A DNA stretch of 22,227 bases from an uncultured virus (IMG/VR IMGVR_UViG_2930745263_000001). Its lineage: Duplodnaviria > Heunggongvirae > Uroviricota > Caudoviricetes. A program made the position numbers and the translations under genes. The stretch is taken from IMG/VR virus record IMGVR_UViG_2930745263_000001; one strand, 5' to 3'. Below are positions 7,715 to 15,436 of this stretch, piece by piece (the first letter of the stretch is position 1; each line of letters begins with the position of its first letter). The notes below the pieces were generated by a model that was not told the DNA's origin, made no database searches, and saw only the letters and a program-made list of their open reading frames with translations.

Positions 7715-8901
7715 CAGTCGTCACTTCCGTTGCGGGACTTCTCGAAGGCGGCGTGCATTTCGTTGTAGAGCTCGCGGAGGGTCTGGTCGGTCTCGCCGTA
7801 TCCGAGCTCGCGCCACTTCTTGATGAAGGCGCGCTGGGAGGGCTGGCCGAGGTCGGCGTAGACGCGGAAGGCTCGTGCCTTTCGCTCGGCTTCGGTTGCT
7901 GCGGGGTTCGAACGCGGCTGCGGCTTCTCGTCGTGCGGCTCGATCGTGTCTTCGGCTTGGCTGGAGGGTGCGGCTCCGGAAGCCGCGCTGGTCAGCGGCA
8001 TGTTGCCAAGCGGAGAGGCTGCGTCCAGATTGTGCGGTCCGTTGTTCGAACGCACTCCCTGCATGACGGCGGTTTCGAAGTGGCCGCCGCCGAGCTGCAT
8101 GCCCTTCTCGAAGGCGATCCGGTCGACAAGGTGGGCTTCGGTCATCTGCCGCTCGAAGCCTTCGAGGCCGTGGAGGGCGGCTCGGCCGGCGCGGACGAGG
8201 GCGCGGCGGTACCGGCGGTCGCTCATGAACCTGGGCTTGCCAACCGAGTTCAGGTCGACGAACCGGTCGGCGGCGTTGCTGCGGCTGATGGCTTCGGCGT
8301 CGGCGCCGCGGGAGCCGATGCCGAGCTTGGACTCGAGGCGCTTGAGGCGGTCGCGCCAGGCGCGGGCGAGGATGCCGTCGGACTTGATCTCGATCTTCTT
8401 GAGCTTGGTCTCAAGCCCCAGGAGCTTGTGGAGGCCGTAGGCGAGCATGACGGGTCCGACGATGCGGACGGCTGCGGTGCCGAGGTCTTCGTTCTGGAAC
8501 CTGACGACTTCGATGGCGCCGATGGCCTGGGCGAGTACGAGGAAGTAGGCGGCGCGTGCGGTGCCCTTGTCCTCGAAGGCCCAGGAGTAGAGCGTGAGGC
8601 CGAGGACGATGCCTTCGAGGGCGAGGCCAACGGTGAGGGTCCACGGGGACTGCATGTGGAGTCGGGCTTCGGCGAAGACGATGGAGGTGTTGGCGGAGAG
8701 TCCGAAGCCGAGGAGGACGACGAGGCCCATGCCGAGGAAGCCGGTGAGGGTGCGTCGCTTCTTGGGGTCGTGGGGCTTCTTGGTGCGGGGGGTGCGCTTC
8801 TGGGCGATGCGGTGGCCGAAGGTGAGGGTGAGGAGGGCGAGGAGGACGGCCCATGCCTGGACGGGCACCTGCTCGACCGCGGTCTGCACTGTGGAGAGCA
8901 T
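7714..8901 (-). CDS. Multi-TM SpdB2-like (DUF2637-type) spread protein
   Basis: Five hydrophobic segments in the N-terminal half, basic helical region, C-terminal HTH-like segment (PSQRAFIKKWRELGYG); RBS GAAAGGA; located in the tra operon. Confidence 0.7.
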   Translation of the reverse strand: MLSTVQTAVEQVPVQAWAVLLALLTLTFGHRIAQKRTPRTKKPHDPKKRRTLTGFLGMGLVVLLGFGLSANTSIVFAEARLHMQSPWTLTVGLALEGIVLGLTLYSWAFEDKGTARAAYFLVLAQAIGAIEVVRFQNEDLGTAAVRIVGPVMLAYGLHKLLGLETKLKKIEIKSDGILARAWRDRLKRLESKLGIGSRGADAEAISRSNAADRFVDLNSVGKPRFMSDRRYRRALVRAGRAALHGLEGFERQMTEAHLVDRIAFEKGMQLGGGHFETAVMQGVRSNNGPHNLDAASPLGNMPLTSAASGAAPSSQAEDTIEPHDEKPQPRSNPAATEAERKARAFRVYADLGQPSQRAFIKKWRELGYGETDQTLRELYNEMHAAFEKSRNGSDD

Positions 8902-8934
8902 GGGCGGTGTCCTTTCGGGTTGGTGGTGCGGTGG

Positions 8935-9096
8935 TCAGGCGGCGGGGGCGAGGAGTGCGCGGGGCCGGTCGGCGCTGTTGTGGGCGGTCTGGTCGCGGTG
9001 CTGGTCGTTGGTGCGGAGGACGTCGTAGGTCTCGTGGTCGGCGGTCGACCAGGTGGTGGGGTCGCCGTGGGTCTGGCGGAATTCGGTGGCGGTCAT
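8935..9096 (-). CDS. Small hypothetical protein (53 aa, MTATEFRQTHGDPTTWS...)
   Basis: RBS GAAAGG before ATG at 9096; stop TGA at 8937-8935. Confidence 0.6.
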   Translation of the reverse strand: MTATEFRQTHGDPTTWSTADHETYDVLRTNDQHRDQTAHNSADRPRALLAPAA

Positions 9097-9132
9097 CGGG
9101 GTGCCTTTCTCGTCGTTGAGCGGCGGGGTGGT

Positions 9133-9171
9133 GCGGGGTTCGGTCGCTGTCGGCTCACGACCGGACCCCGC
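9133..9171. repeat. Intergenic stem-loop copy 1, loop contains CTGTCGGCTC
   Basis: GCGGGGTTCGGTCG-ctgtcggctca-CGACCGGACCCCGC. Confidence 0.7.
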
Positions 9172-9183
9172 GGGGGTGGGTGG

Positions 9184-9468
9184 TCAGGAGGCGTCGCTGT
9201 ACTCGCGGGCCATACCGGCGATGTAGGCGGCGTCGAGGTGCTTGGCGGCCTGGTCGAGAAGGGTGATGCCGGACAGCGACTGGGCGGCGGCCTCGAGCTC
9301 GTTGGCGCCGGTGATGTCGGTTCCCTCAAGGTTCTCGACGGCGTCGTGCAGCTGCTCGACAAGGTCGGTGAAGGTGAGGGCGGGCTGCTCGGCTTCGGCG
9401 ATGGTCGCGATGTCGGCGGCGTAGCGGGTGAGGAACGCGTCGGTGGGGGTGATCTCGGTCTGCGTCAT
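9184..9468 (-). CDS. Hypothetical helical protein (94 aa)
   Basis: RBS GAAAGGAC; good codon bias. Confidence 0.75.
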   Translation of the reverse strand: MTQTEITPTDAFLTRYAADIATIAEAEQPALTFTDLVEQLHDAVENLEGTDITGANELEAAAQSLSGITLLDQAAKHLDAAYIAGMAREYSDAS

Positions 9469-9485
9469 GGCGGGTCCTTTCGGGG

Positions 9486-9522
9486 GCGGGGGTCCGGTCT
9501 GTCGGCTCGGCCGGACCCCCGC
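9486..9522. repeat. Intergenic stem-loop copy 2, loop contains CTGTCGGCTC
   Basis: GCGGGGGTCCGG-tctgtcggctcgg-CCGGACCCCCGC, perfect 12-bp stem. Confidence 0.7.
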
Positions 9523-9534
9523 GGTGGGTGGTGG

Positions 9535-9996
9535 TCAGCGGGGGCGCTGGGAGGACTGCTTGTTGAGTCGGCGGACTTCCTCGGACATGGCTTTCTTCTC
9601 GTCGTCGGTGAGGCTCACGGGGGCACCTCCCCTCGTGGCTTCGTCGATCAGGCCGGCGGCGTGGTTGGGGTGGGCACGGGGGGTGTACTCCGCGGTGTCG
9701 TGGGCGTGGTGTTCGCCTGCGAGCTGGACGGTTTTGCGGGTGGTGTGGTCGAGGGCGGCCAGGGTGGGGTTGGTGTCGGCGTTGGTGAGGTGGGCGGCGA
9801 GGAGGGCGAGGAGTTGGGGGAGATCGGGGCCGTTCGGGTTGGCGAGGAGGGACAGGGTGGTCTGGGTGGCGTCGAGGGTGAACTGGCCGGCGGCCGCGGC
9901 GTCGGCCATGTCCTGGATGCCGTCGAGGAGTTTGGTGAGGCCGGGGATCCAGTCGAGGCCGTCGAAGTCGTCCAGGGTGTTGTGGAGGTCGCTCAC
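9535..9996 (-). CDS. Hypothetical protein (153 aa, MSDLHNTLDDFDGLDWIPG...)
   Basis: GTGA overlap at 9993-9996. Confidence 0.7.
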   Translation of the reverse strand: MSDLHNTLDDFDGLDWIPGLTKLLDGIQDMADAAAAGQFTLDATQTTLSLLANPNGPDLPQLLALLAAHLTNADTNPTLAALDHTTRKTVQLAGEHHAHDTAEYTPRAHPNHAAGLIDEATRGGAPVSLTDDEKKAMSEEVRRLNKQSSQRPR

Positions 9997-10415
9997 AGCT
10001 GGCCGTCCCACTCGCCGGTGACCATCTGCTCGTAGGCGACGAGGGAGGCTTCGGCGTCGGGGCCGCCGAACACGTCGGCGAGGTACGACTCGGGGTCGAT
10101 GGCCGCGAACATGTCCTCCAGGTCGGCGACGAGCAGCGGGTCGAGCTCCGGGGCCGGGGCGGGCACTGTGCGGCCAGCCTGGTAGTCGGCAGGCATCGCC
10201 AGGGCGTATTCGGCGAGAACTCCGGCGACGTCGCCGATCTCCTCGGCGGCACGTGGGTTGAGGAGCGCTTCACCGGCAGGCCGGCCGTCCACGGTCTCGA
10301 CCTTCACGCGGACCACGGGGGTCTTGGTGGGGTCGCTGAGGGTGTCGGCCCCGTTGAGCTTCTGCAGTTCGGAGACGACTCGGAGGGCGGCTGTCATGTT
10401 CGGGTCCTGGTCCAT
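9993..10415 (-). CDS. Hypothetical acidic protein (140 aa, MDQDPNMTAALRVV...)
   Basis: TGATG overlap at 10413-10417; RBS GGAGG. Confidence 0.7.
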   Translation of the reverse strand: MDQDPNMTAALRVVSELQKLNGADTLSDPTKTPVVRVKVETVDGRPAGEALLNPRAAEEIGDVAGVLAEYALAMPADYQAGRTVPAPAPELDPLLVADLEDMFAAIDPESYLADVFGGPDAEASLVAYEQMVTGEWDGQL

Positions 10416-10675
10416 CACGCGGCCTCCGCCTTCGGCTCGGGCTGCGCCAGCATCGCGGCCACCTGCTCCGGGGTGATTCCGAGGCGGGCCAGGATGCGGA
10501 TGATCCCGGCGTCGGTGAGGTCGACGCTCGTGCACTGGGCGAGGGCGTCCGGGGTGTGCATGGGGACGGGGGCGAGGGTGGCGCGGATCCCGGTCTGGCC
10601 GAGGCGGATGGGTTCGCCGGCGATGGCGGTGAGTTGGGCGGCGAGGACGTCAATGAGGGTGAGGGGTCGGTTCAT
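10415..10675 (-). CDS. Hypothetical protein (86 aa, MNRPLTLIDVLAAQ...)
   Basis: ATGA overlap at 10672-10675. Confidence 0.7.
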   Translation of the reverse strand: MNRPLTLIDVLAAQLTAIAGEPIRLGQTGIRATLAPVPMHTPDALAQCTSVDLTDAGIIRILARLGITPEQVAAMLAQPEPKAEAA

Positions 10676-10899
10676 GACCGCACCTGCCGGGTCTCGGCCG
10701 TGTAGCCCGCGACGGCGATCAGCGCTACGGAGCCGCGGAGAAGCTGATCGGGCATGGTGCCGTCTGCCAGGAAGAGCAGGGCCACGTTCGCCGTGAACAT
10801 CAGGGTCCATGCCAGGCGGCGGTTTCCGCCGCCGACGAGGAGGACGTAGAGGGCGGCGGCGGTGCTGAGGTGTGCGGCTGAGGTGAGGATCTCGTTCAT
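10672..10899 (-). CDS. Small three-TM membrane protein (Spd-like)
   Basis: 75 aa with three hydrophobic stretches; ATGA overlaps at both ends. Confidence 0.7.
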   Translation of the reverse strand: MNEILTSAAHLSTAAALYVLLVGGGNRRLAWTLMFTANVALLFLADGTMPDQLLRGSVALIAVAGYTAETRQVRS

Positions 10900-11063
10900 G
10901 CCGCCACCTCGGTGATGATGAGGCGGCCGTTGCCGCGCTTGATGCCGGCTGCGATGAGGCGCCGGGGGGTGATGGTCGGGGTGGCGACGGTGCGGTGCAG
11001 GGCCTCGTCGGCGTCCGGGGTGGTGGGTGCGGCGTGTCCGGTGATGCGGCTACGCTGATCCAT
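10896..11063 (-). CDS. First small ORF of the transfer operon (55 aa, MDQRSRITGH...)
   Basis: Strong RBS AGGAGG upstream of ATG at 11063. Confidence 0.65.
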   Translation of the reverse strand: MDQRSRITGHAAPTTPDADEALHRTVATPTITPRRLIAAGIKRGNGRLIITEVAA

Positions 11064-11106
11064 GCGGATCGACCTCCTGTTGTGGCAGGTGGGTGGGTCT
11101 GCGTCG

Positions 11107-11140
11107 CGGCCCTCGGTGTCCAACCACCGGGGGTCGTTTT
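11107..11140 (+). terminator. Intrinsic-terminator-like hairpin plus T-run on the + strand
   Basis: CGGCCCTCGGTG-tccaac-CACCGGGGGTCG-TTTT; the two G-U pairs form only on the + strand. Confidence 0.5.
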
Positions 11141-11166
11141 GCGTTTACTGCGCGTTGCTTGTGACC

Positions 11167-11195
11167 ATTAAGACATGGCAAGATGGACGTGTCAA
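11167..11195 (-). promoter_or_regulatory. Putative leftward promoter of the transfer operon
   Basis: Perfect -35 TTGACA (11195-11190), 17-bp spacer, TG-n-CTTAAT; lies in the AT-richer divergent intergenic region facing the GntR gene. Confidence 0.45.
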
Positions 11196-11253
11196 GAAAG
11201 CTATTCGCAATGTAGGCTCAGGTTGACGCACCACAAGGAAAGGAGGGACCGAA

Positions 11254-12021
11254 GTGACTCAGACCGAGATCGTCAAGGCGCTCACGAACGCGATCGACCA
11301 GGGCGCCTACAAGTACGGAGACCGTCTGCCGACCACGCGCGAGCTGGCCGACAAGTACGGGACCAGCCAGCAGACCGTCGCGTCAGCGCTGGCAAGAATG
11401 GCCAACATGGGCTTGGTGCAAGTCCAGCGAGGCTGGGGAGCGCGAGTCATCGCGGGGAAGCCCCCGAAGATCAAGCTCGGCACCTATCGGTCGGCGAACC
11501 GTGAGATCGCGACCAGCACGACCGCATGGAAGCGCGACAACGGGAACGGCTCCAAGGAGGGCCCGACCCAGGTCAGCCAGACCGTAACCATCGAGGACGA
11601 CACGGACACCGGCATCCCGGCCGGCATCGAGGTCGTCGAGAGGAGCCGTACGCGGTTCGACGCAGATGGAGCCCCTTGCCAGCACAAGCGAACGCTGGTG
11701 ACCGTCGCGGCGGCCACGCTGACCCCTGAGGGGTGGACTGGCCTTCCGCCCATGATGAGCCCGGCGGACATCACCCCGCCCGGAGGGCAGAGCATCGCCC
11801 GCTGGTTGGGAATGGGCGTCGAACAGATCACCTACGAGGTCACGGTCACGGCGGCCACCGGGTCGGCAGCAGCAGCCCTCGGACTGCCAGAAGACACGCC
11901 GTGCCTTCGCATCGTTTCCCGAGGGGCGAAGGCGGACGGAGAGGTCGCGTACGCCACAGTGACGACCGCTCCGCTCCGCAGTTCGGTTTCGTGGGAAATC
12001 CGAGACGACGGAGTGGGGTGA
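11254..12021 (+). CDS. GntR/HutC-family repressor with UTRA-like domain (TraR/KorA/KorSA-like)
   Basis: N-terminal GDRLPTTRELADKYGTSQQTVASALARMANMGLV..QRGWGARV wHTH; C-terminal AAALGLPEDTPCLRIVS; RBS AAGGAGG; divergent from the tra operon. Confidence 0.88.
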   Translation: MTQTEIVKALTNAIDQGAYKYGDRLPTTRELADKYGTSQQTVASALARMANMGLVQVQRGWGARVIAGKPPKIKLGTYRSANREIATSTTAWKRDNGNGSKEGPTQVSQTVTIEDDTDTGIPAGIEVVERSRTRFDADGAPCQHKRTLVTVAAATLTPEGWTGLPPMMSPADITPPGGQSIARWLGMGVEQITYEVTVTAATGSAAAALGLPEDTPCLRIVSRGAKADGEVAYATVTTAPLRSSVSWEIRDDGVG

Positions 12022-12034
12022 GTGGCTAGATGAA

Positions 12035-12067
12035 CTCGCGTCCTGGCATCCAGCCTGGACGCGCGAG
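12035..12067 (+). terminator. Stem-loop after the GntR gene
   Basis: CGCGTCC(12037)...GGACGCG(12063) inverted repeat with flanking CTC/GAG. Confidence 0.4.
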
Positions 12068-12218
12068 CGGCCGACCGGTCATCACCCGGCCGACCGCCCC
12101 TTATAGCCGCCGACCTGCGAAGACAAGCGGCTACGTGAACCGATCCGGAAAGAAGGGTTCGTCATGAGTCTATGGGCTTTTGCGAGTCTCAGAAAAGATC
12201 GTGGGGGGTGTGCACCTC

Positions 12219-12518
12219 ATGGTCAGCACTTCCACCCCTGACAACCTCCCGCCGTTCGTGACCTTCGAGGGGGCCGCCCGGCTTCTCGTCGAACGGGAAC
12301 TCCTCCCGCACGCTACCGGCGACACCATCCGCTACCTCGCTCGCACCCGCGACGACTGGCCGTTCGGTGACGGACAGCGCCTGCCGTACATCAAAATCGG
12401 CAACGCTCGGACGATGGAGACGGGGATACTCCTCGACTACTTCCGGAAGCACCCGGTGCAGGCCGACGTTCGAGGCCCGGACAAGAAGCCGCGGGCGCGG
12501 CGGGCGAGTCGCTCATGA
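12219..12518 (+). CDS. Small DNA-binding protein (excisionase/AlpA-like wHTH)
   Basis: VTFEGAARLL...TIRYLAR..DWPF...YIKIGNAR pattern and basic C-terminal tail; RBS GGGGG upstream. Confidence 0.65.
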   Translation: MVSTSTPDNLPPFVTFEGAARLLVERELLPHATGDTIRYLARTRDDWPFGDGQRLPYIKIGNARTMETGILLDYFRKHPVQADVRGPDKKPRARRASRS

Positions 12519-12675
12519 GCCGCTTACGCAGGCGTATAGCCACGGTTCGTGGCAGTCCTGGACATGCAAGAAGGCCGGAGAGTTCGCAGCTCCAACCGGC
12601 CTTCCAAGTGCAACGGCGGGGTCTGAACCCGCCGCAACAAGAACGTCTCGCGCCACCAGAAAGGCGAGGTCCTCA

Positions 12676-12756
12676 GTGCTGAGGGTACCCGTAGCAGTCC
12701 ACACCATCGCAAGTGCACGCTCCGTGATCGTCCGCATGGCGGGGGTGACGGCATGA
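12676..12756 (+). CDS. Putative 26-aa leader peptide coupled to the rep gene (MLRVPVAVHTIASARSVIVRMAGVTA)
   Basis: GAAAGGCGAGG upstream of the GTG; its stop overlaps the rep ATG (ATGA at 12753-12756). Confidence 0.45.
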   Translation: MLRVPVAVHTIASARSVIVRMAGVTA

Positions 12757-14297
12757 GCATCAACCGACGCCGCCCCTCGAACCAGCACCGCCCCATCGTG
12801 AGCCGTCCTGGCTCGACCGGTCTTCGCTTCGGCATGTTCGCCGTATGCGTGACGCGCGACTCCGATTCGGACCTCAACAAGGGCAAGGCCAAGCCGCTGT
12901 ACGAGCTGCTGATCACCTTCGCGGACGTCAGCTCTCGGGACACCGGTCAGGGATACCCGTACCGCGAAACCCTGGCCACATGTCTGGACTGCTCCAAGCA
13001 GACCATTGACCGGGCCGCCGACTACCTCGAGAAGGAGATCGGCCTGGTGAAAGTCCACCGCCGGAAGGTGGAAGGCAAGCCGGACGAGAACGACGCGAAC
13101 CTGTACGAAATCTTCGACGCGTGGCTGATCCACGGCGCGACTCCGCCGGCAGGCACTCCTCCGCAGCTGGTCGCCCGGTACGGCCACACGGTCCCCGGCC
13201 TGGACATCGACGCGTGGGTCAGCAAGAACGCCCCAGACTTCGACCTGGCGGCTTGGAGAGCGGCCTACAACGCGAAGGCGGGCGCCCAGGAGGCCAAGCG
13301 CGAGGAGCAGCGACGCAAGGAACGTGCCCGCCGGAAGAAGGCGAGGAAGGGGGGTGACGTCACCTGTGACGCCACCTCTGAGGGTGGCCAAGAGGCGGGG
13401 GGTAGCGTCACCCATGACGCGTCCCGTGACGTCATGGGTGACGCGTCCGGTGGCGTCACGGATGACGCCCTATCTAGAGCCGGTCTTCCAGAGTCTTCTT
13501 CTACAGACAGTGATGCGCTTTCAGCGCGTAGCGCTGGTGACGCCCGCAGGGCATCTGCAGGTATCAGTACGCCTGCGCGCGAAGGCGGCTCCGCCGCGTC
13601 CGGCAAGACCAGCCCCTCCCCCACACCGAACGACGACACCCGCGGGCCGGCTCGAGGGCCCAAGGGCAGCAGCAAGAAGGCAGCCCACACCAGGGCACAG
13701 CTCGACGTCGTCCGCCGGGTGCGGGCGTTCTACCCGCCGGAGATCCGCGAGCAGCTGCCGGAGCTGCCTGCCATCTCGGAAGCCATCTTGTCGACCATGG
13801 CGAAGGAGGGCCGCACGGTGGAACAGATGGGCCAGCGAATCTTGTCGCGGTGGGTGGGCCACAACTACGCGGCAAAGTTCGCGGCCGGCGAGCTGGTGAA
13901 CGTGGTGGGTGCGGCGATCGGCATGGTGCGCCCGCTGGTGCCGGGTGACCGGTACGCGTGTTCGGACGTTCGGTGTGAGGACGGGGTTCTTGACGGGGAG
14001 CCGTGCCGGTTGTGTGCGGTTCGGATCGCCGACTGGGAGGCTGCGCGGTCCCGTGAGCGGGCCCAGGGGCTTCCTGTGGGCGCGAACTCGGCTCCGGTGG
14101 CCGCCGGTTCGCCTGAGCCCGCGCTGCCGCCTCAGAGGGCCGTTGCGCCGGATGCGCCGGAGAGGGCGCAGTGCGGCGGCAAGGGCGGCACCTGCACTAC
14201 CGGGCTGACGTCGTGGCAGACGCTCTGCTGGGAGTGCTCGGAAGCCGCCGCGGCACAGCACGATCTCGAGAACGCGGGCGCTTCCGCCCCGTTCTGA
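12753..14297 (+). CDS. Phage/plasmid replication initiator with N-terminal HTH and C-terminal Cys clusters
   Basis: AKPLYELLITFAD...YPYRETLATCLDCSKQTIDRAADYLE..GLV..RRK...NDANLY is the HTH_36-type N-terminus of phage initiators; internal iteron array; C-terminal C-x4-C...CxxC and C-x6-C...CxxC. Confidence 0.75.
   Translation: MSINRRRPSNQHRPIVSRPGSTGLRFGMFAVCVTRDSDSDLNKGKAKPLYELLITFADVSSRDTGQGYPYRETLATCLDCSKQTIDRAADYLEKEIGLVKVHRRKVEGKPDENDANLYEIFDAWLIHGATPPAGTPPQLVARYGHTVPGLDIDAWVSKNAPDFDLAAWRAAYNAKAGAQEAKREEQRRKERARRKKARKGGDVTCDATSEGGQEAGGSVTHDASRDVMGDASGGVTDDALSRAGLPESSSTDSDALSARSAGDARRASAGISTPAREGGSAASGKTSPSPTPNDDTRGPARGPKGSSKKAAHTRAQLDVVRRVRAFYPPEIREQLPELPAISEAILSTMAKEGRTVEQMGQRILSRWVGHNYAAKFAAGELVNVVGAAIGMVRPLVPGDRYACSDVRCEDGVLDGEPCRLCAVRIADWEAARSRERAQGLPVGANSAPVAAGSPEPALPPQRAVAPDAPERAQCGGKGGTCTTGLTSWQTLCWECSEAAAAQHDLENAGASAPF
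13354..13469. repeat. Four palindromic iteron-like repeats CGTCA-N4-TGACG inside the rep gene (candidate origin)
   Basis: Copies start at 13358, 13406, 13430 and 13454 (spacing 48, 24, 24 bp). Confidence 0.8.
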
Positions 14298-14360
14298 CAC
14301 GCTGTTCGGGCCGGCCTTTACCGGCCGGCCCGGACTTCCGTGAAGCAAGCGAGGACTCCC

Positions 14361-15344
14361 ATGGCCAAGAAACCCAGCAAGAACCGCTCGTCTCATGACA
14401 AGCAGTTGGCCCGCCAGCGGGCACGTCGGGAGCAGCGAGAGTCAACCCCCTGCGCGGACATTCGCCCCACTGATCTGCCTGAGCTGCGTTCCGCTCTGGT
14501 AGAGAAGGTTTCGTCGCAAGGAATGCTCTGGTTCTTCGAGGGACGCGCCCAGGGGCGCATCTACCACGAGGTAGAGCCTGCAGTCCTGCAGGAAGCAGAG
14601 GCCAAGCAGCTACTCAGGGCGGAGCTCTTCTTCGTCTCAGAGTCGATGGCTATCTTGGCGAGGGAAGCCGCCAAGACGCTGCCACCGTTTCAGCTCTTCC
14701 CTGAAGATCTGCCCTCCAAGTGCGGCTTCGCGTTCATCGGTGGCGGGACGTTCCAAGCCGTTGACGAGGTCAACGGATGCTCGGCCTTCCTCTGGGAGGA
14801 GCGGGACAACAAGGTGCACTTCGGTCTTTACGCAGACACCGATGCAATGCTCCGAACGATGACCGCCTCTGGCAGCTGCACACCGGAACAAGCTGCGGAC
14901 CACTGGCAGAGAGCCGGCCGCCTGACACCTATGGGTTTCGAAGCTGTTCTTCCGTTTGGCGCGAACGAGGAAGTTCCGGAAGAGGACGGGGGCGGGCAGG
15001 GGCCTCTCCTCGCTGCGCTCCGGTCGATGTGGCTGCTCATGCATCAGCCGCTAACGGAAGTCGTGACCGTGGAACCGGAGCGTTCCGCCGCGACGCGACT
15101 ACGCAAGGCTGGGCGAGAGCCCGCCGCCGTACGGGTGATCGAGCTGCGCCGACCGAAGAACGCAGGGGGTGCCTCTGGAGATTCGAACCGTGAGTACCAC
15201 CATCAGTGGATTGTGCGTGGCCATTGGCGTCAGCAGTGGTACCCCGCTCGGCAGGTTCACCGCCCCGTCTGGATCGCCCCCCACGTGAAGGGACCCGATG
15301 GTGCGCCAATGATCGGCGGGGAGAAGGTGTACAGCTTGAAGTGA
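14361..15344 (+). CDS. RGHW-motif phage protein, possibly a distant AcrVA2/FinQ-like family member
   Basis: RBS GAGGA; 327 aa; C-terminal HQWIVRGHWRQQWYP...VWIAPHVKGP; visibly more A/T-ending codons than flanking genes. Confidence 0.8.
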   Translation: MAKKPSKNRSSHDKQLARQRARREQRESTPCADIRPTDLPELRSALVEKVSSQGMLWFFEGRAQGRIYHEVEPAVLQEAEAKQLLRAELFFVSESMAILAREAAKTLPPFQLFPEDLPSKCGFAFIGGGTFQAVDEVNGCSAFLWEERDNKVHFGLYADTDAMLRTMTASGSCTPEQAADHWQRAGRLTPMGFEAVLPFGANEEVPEEDGGGQGPLLAALRSMWLLMHQPLTEVVTVEPERSAATRLRKAGREPAAVRVIELRRPKNAGGASGDSNREYHHQWIVRGHWRQQWYPARQVHRPVWIAPHVKGPDGAPMIGGEKVYSLK

Positions 15345-15436
15345 GCCGCCTTGGCCAAGAGTGCGACGATGCCCCCAGCCTGGATCGGGTTGGGGTGCTG
15401 TCGTGCCCGTTCGGGTCGTTGCGTCGTTGAGAGAAC

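Noticed and set aside
2321..9100. Repeated GGTCATCGGG (2321, 2491, 9091) and AAGGACCC boxes
   Set aside because: Explained as start-codon context (cccgATGAcc) and ribosome-binding sites
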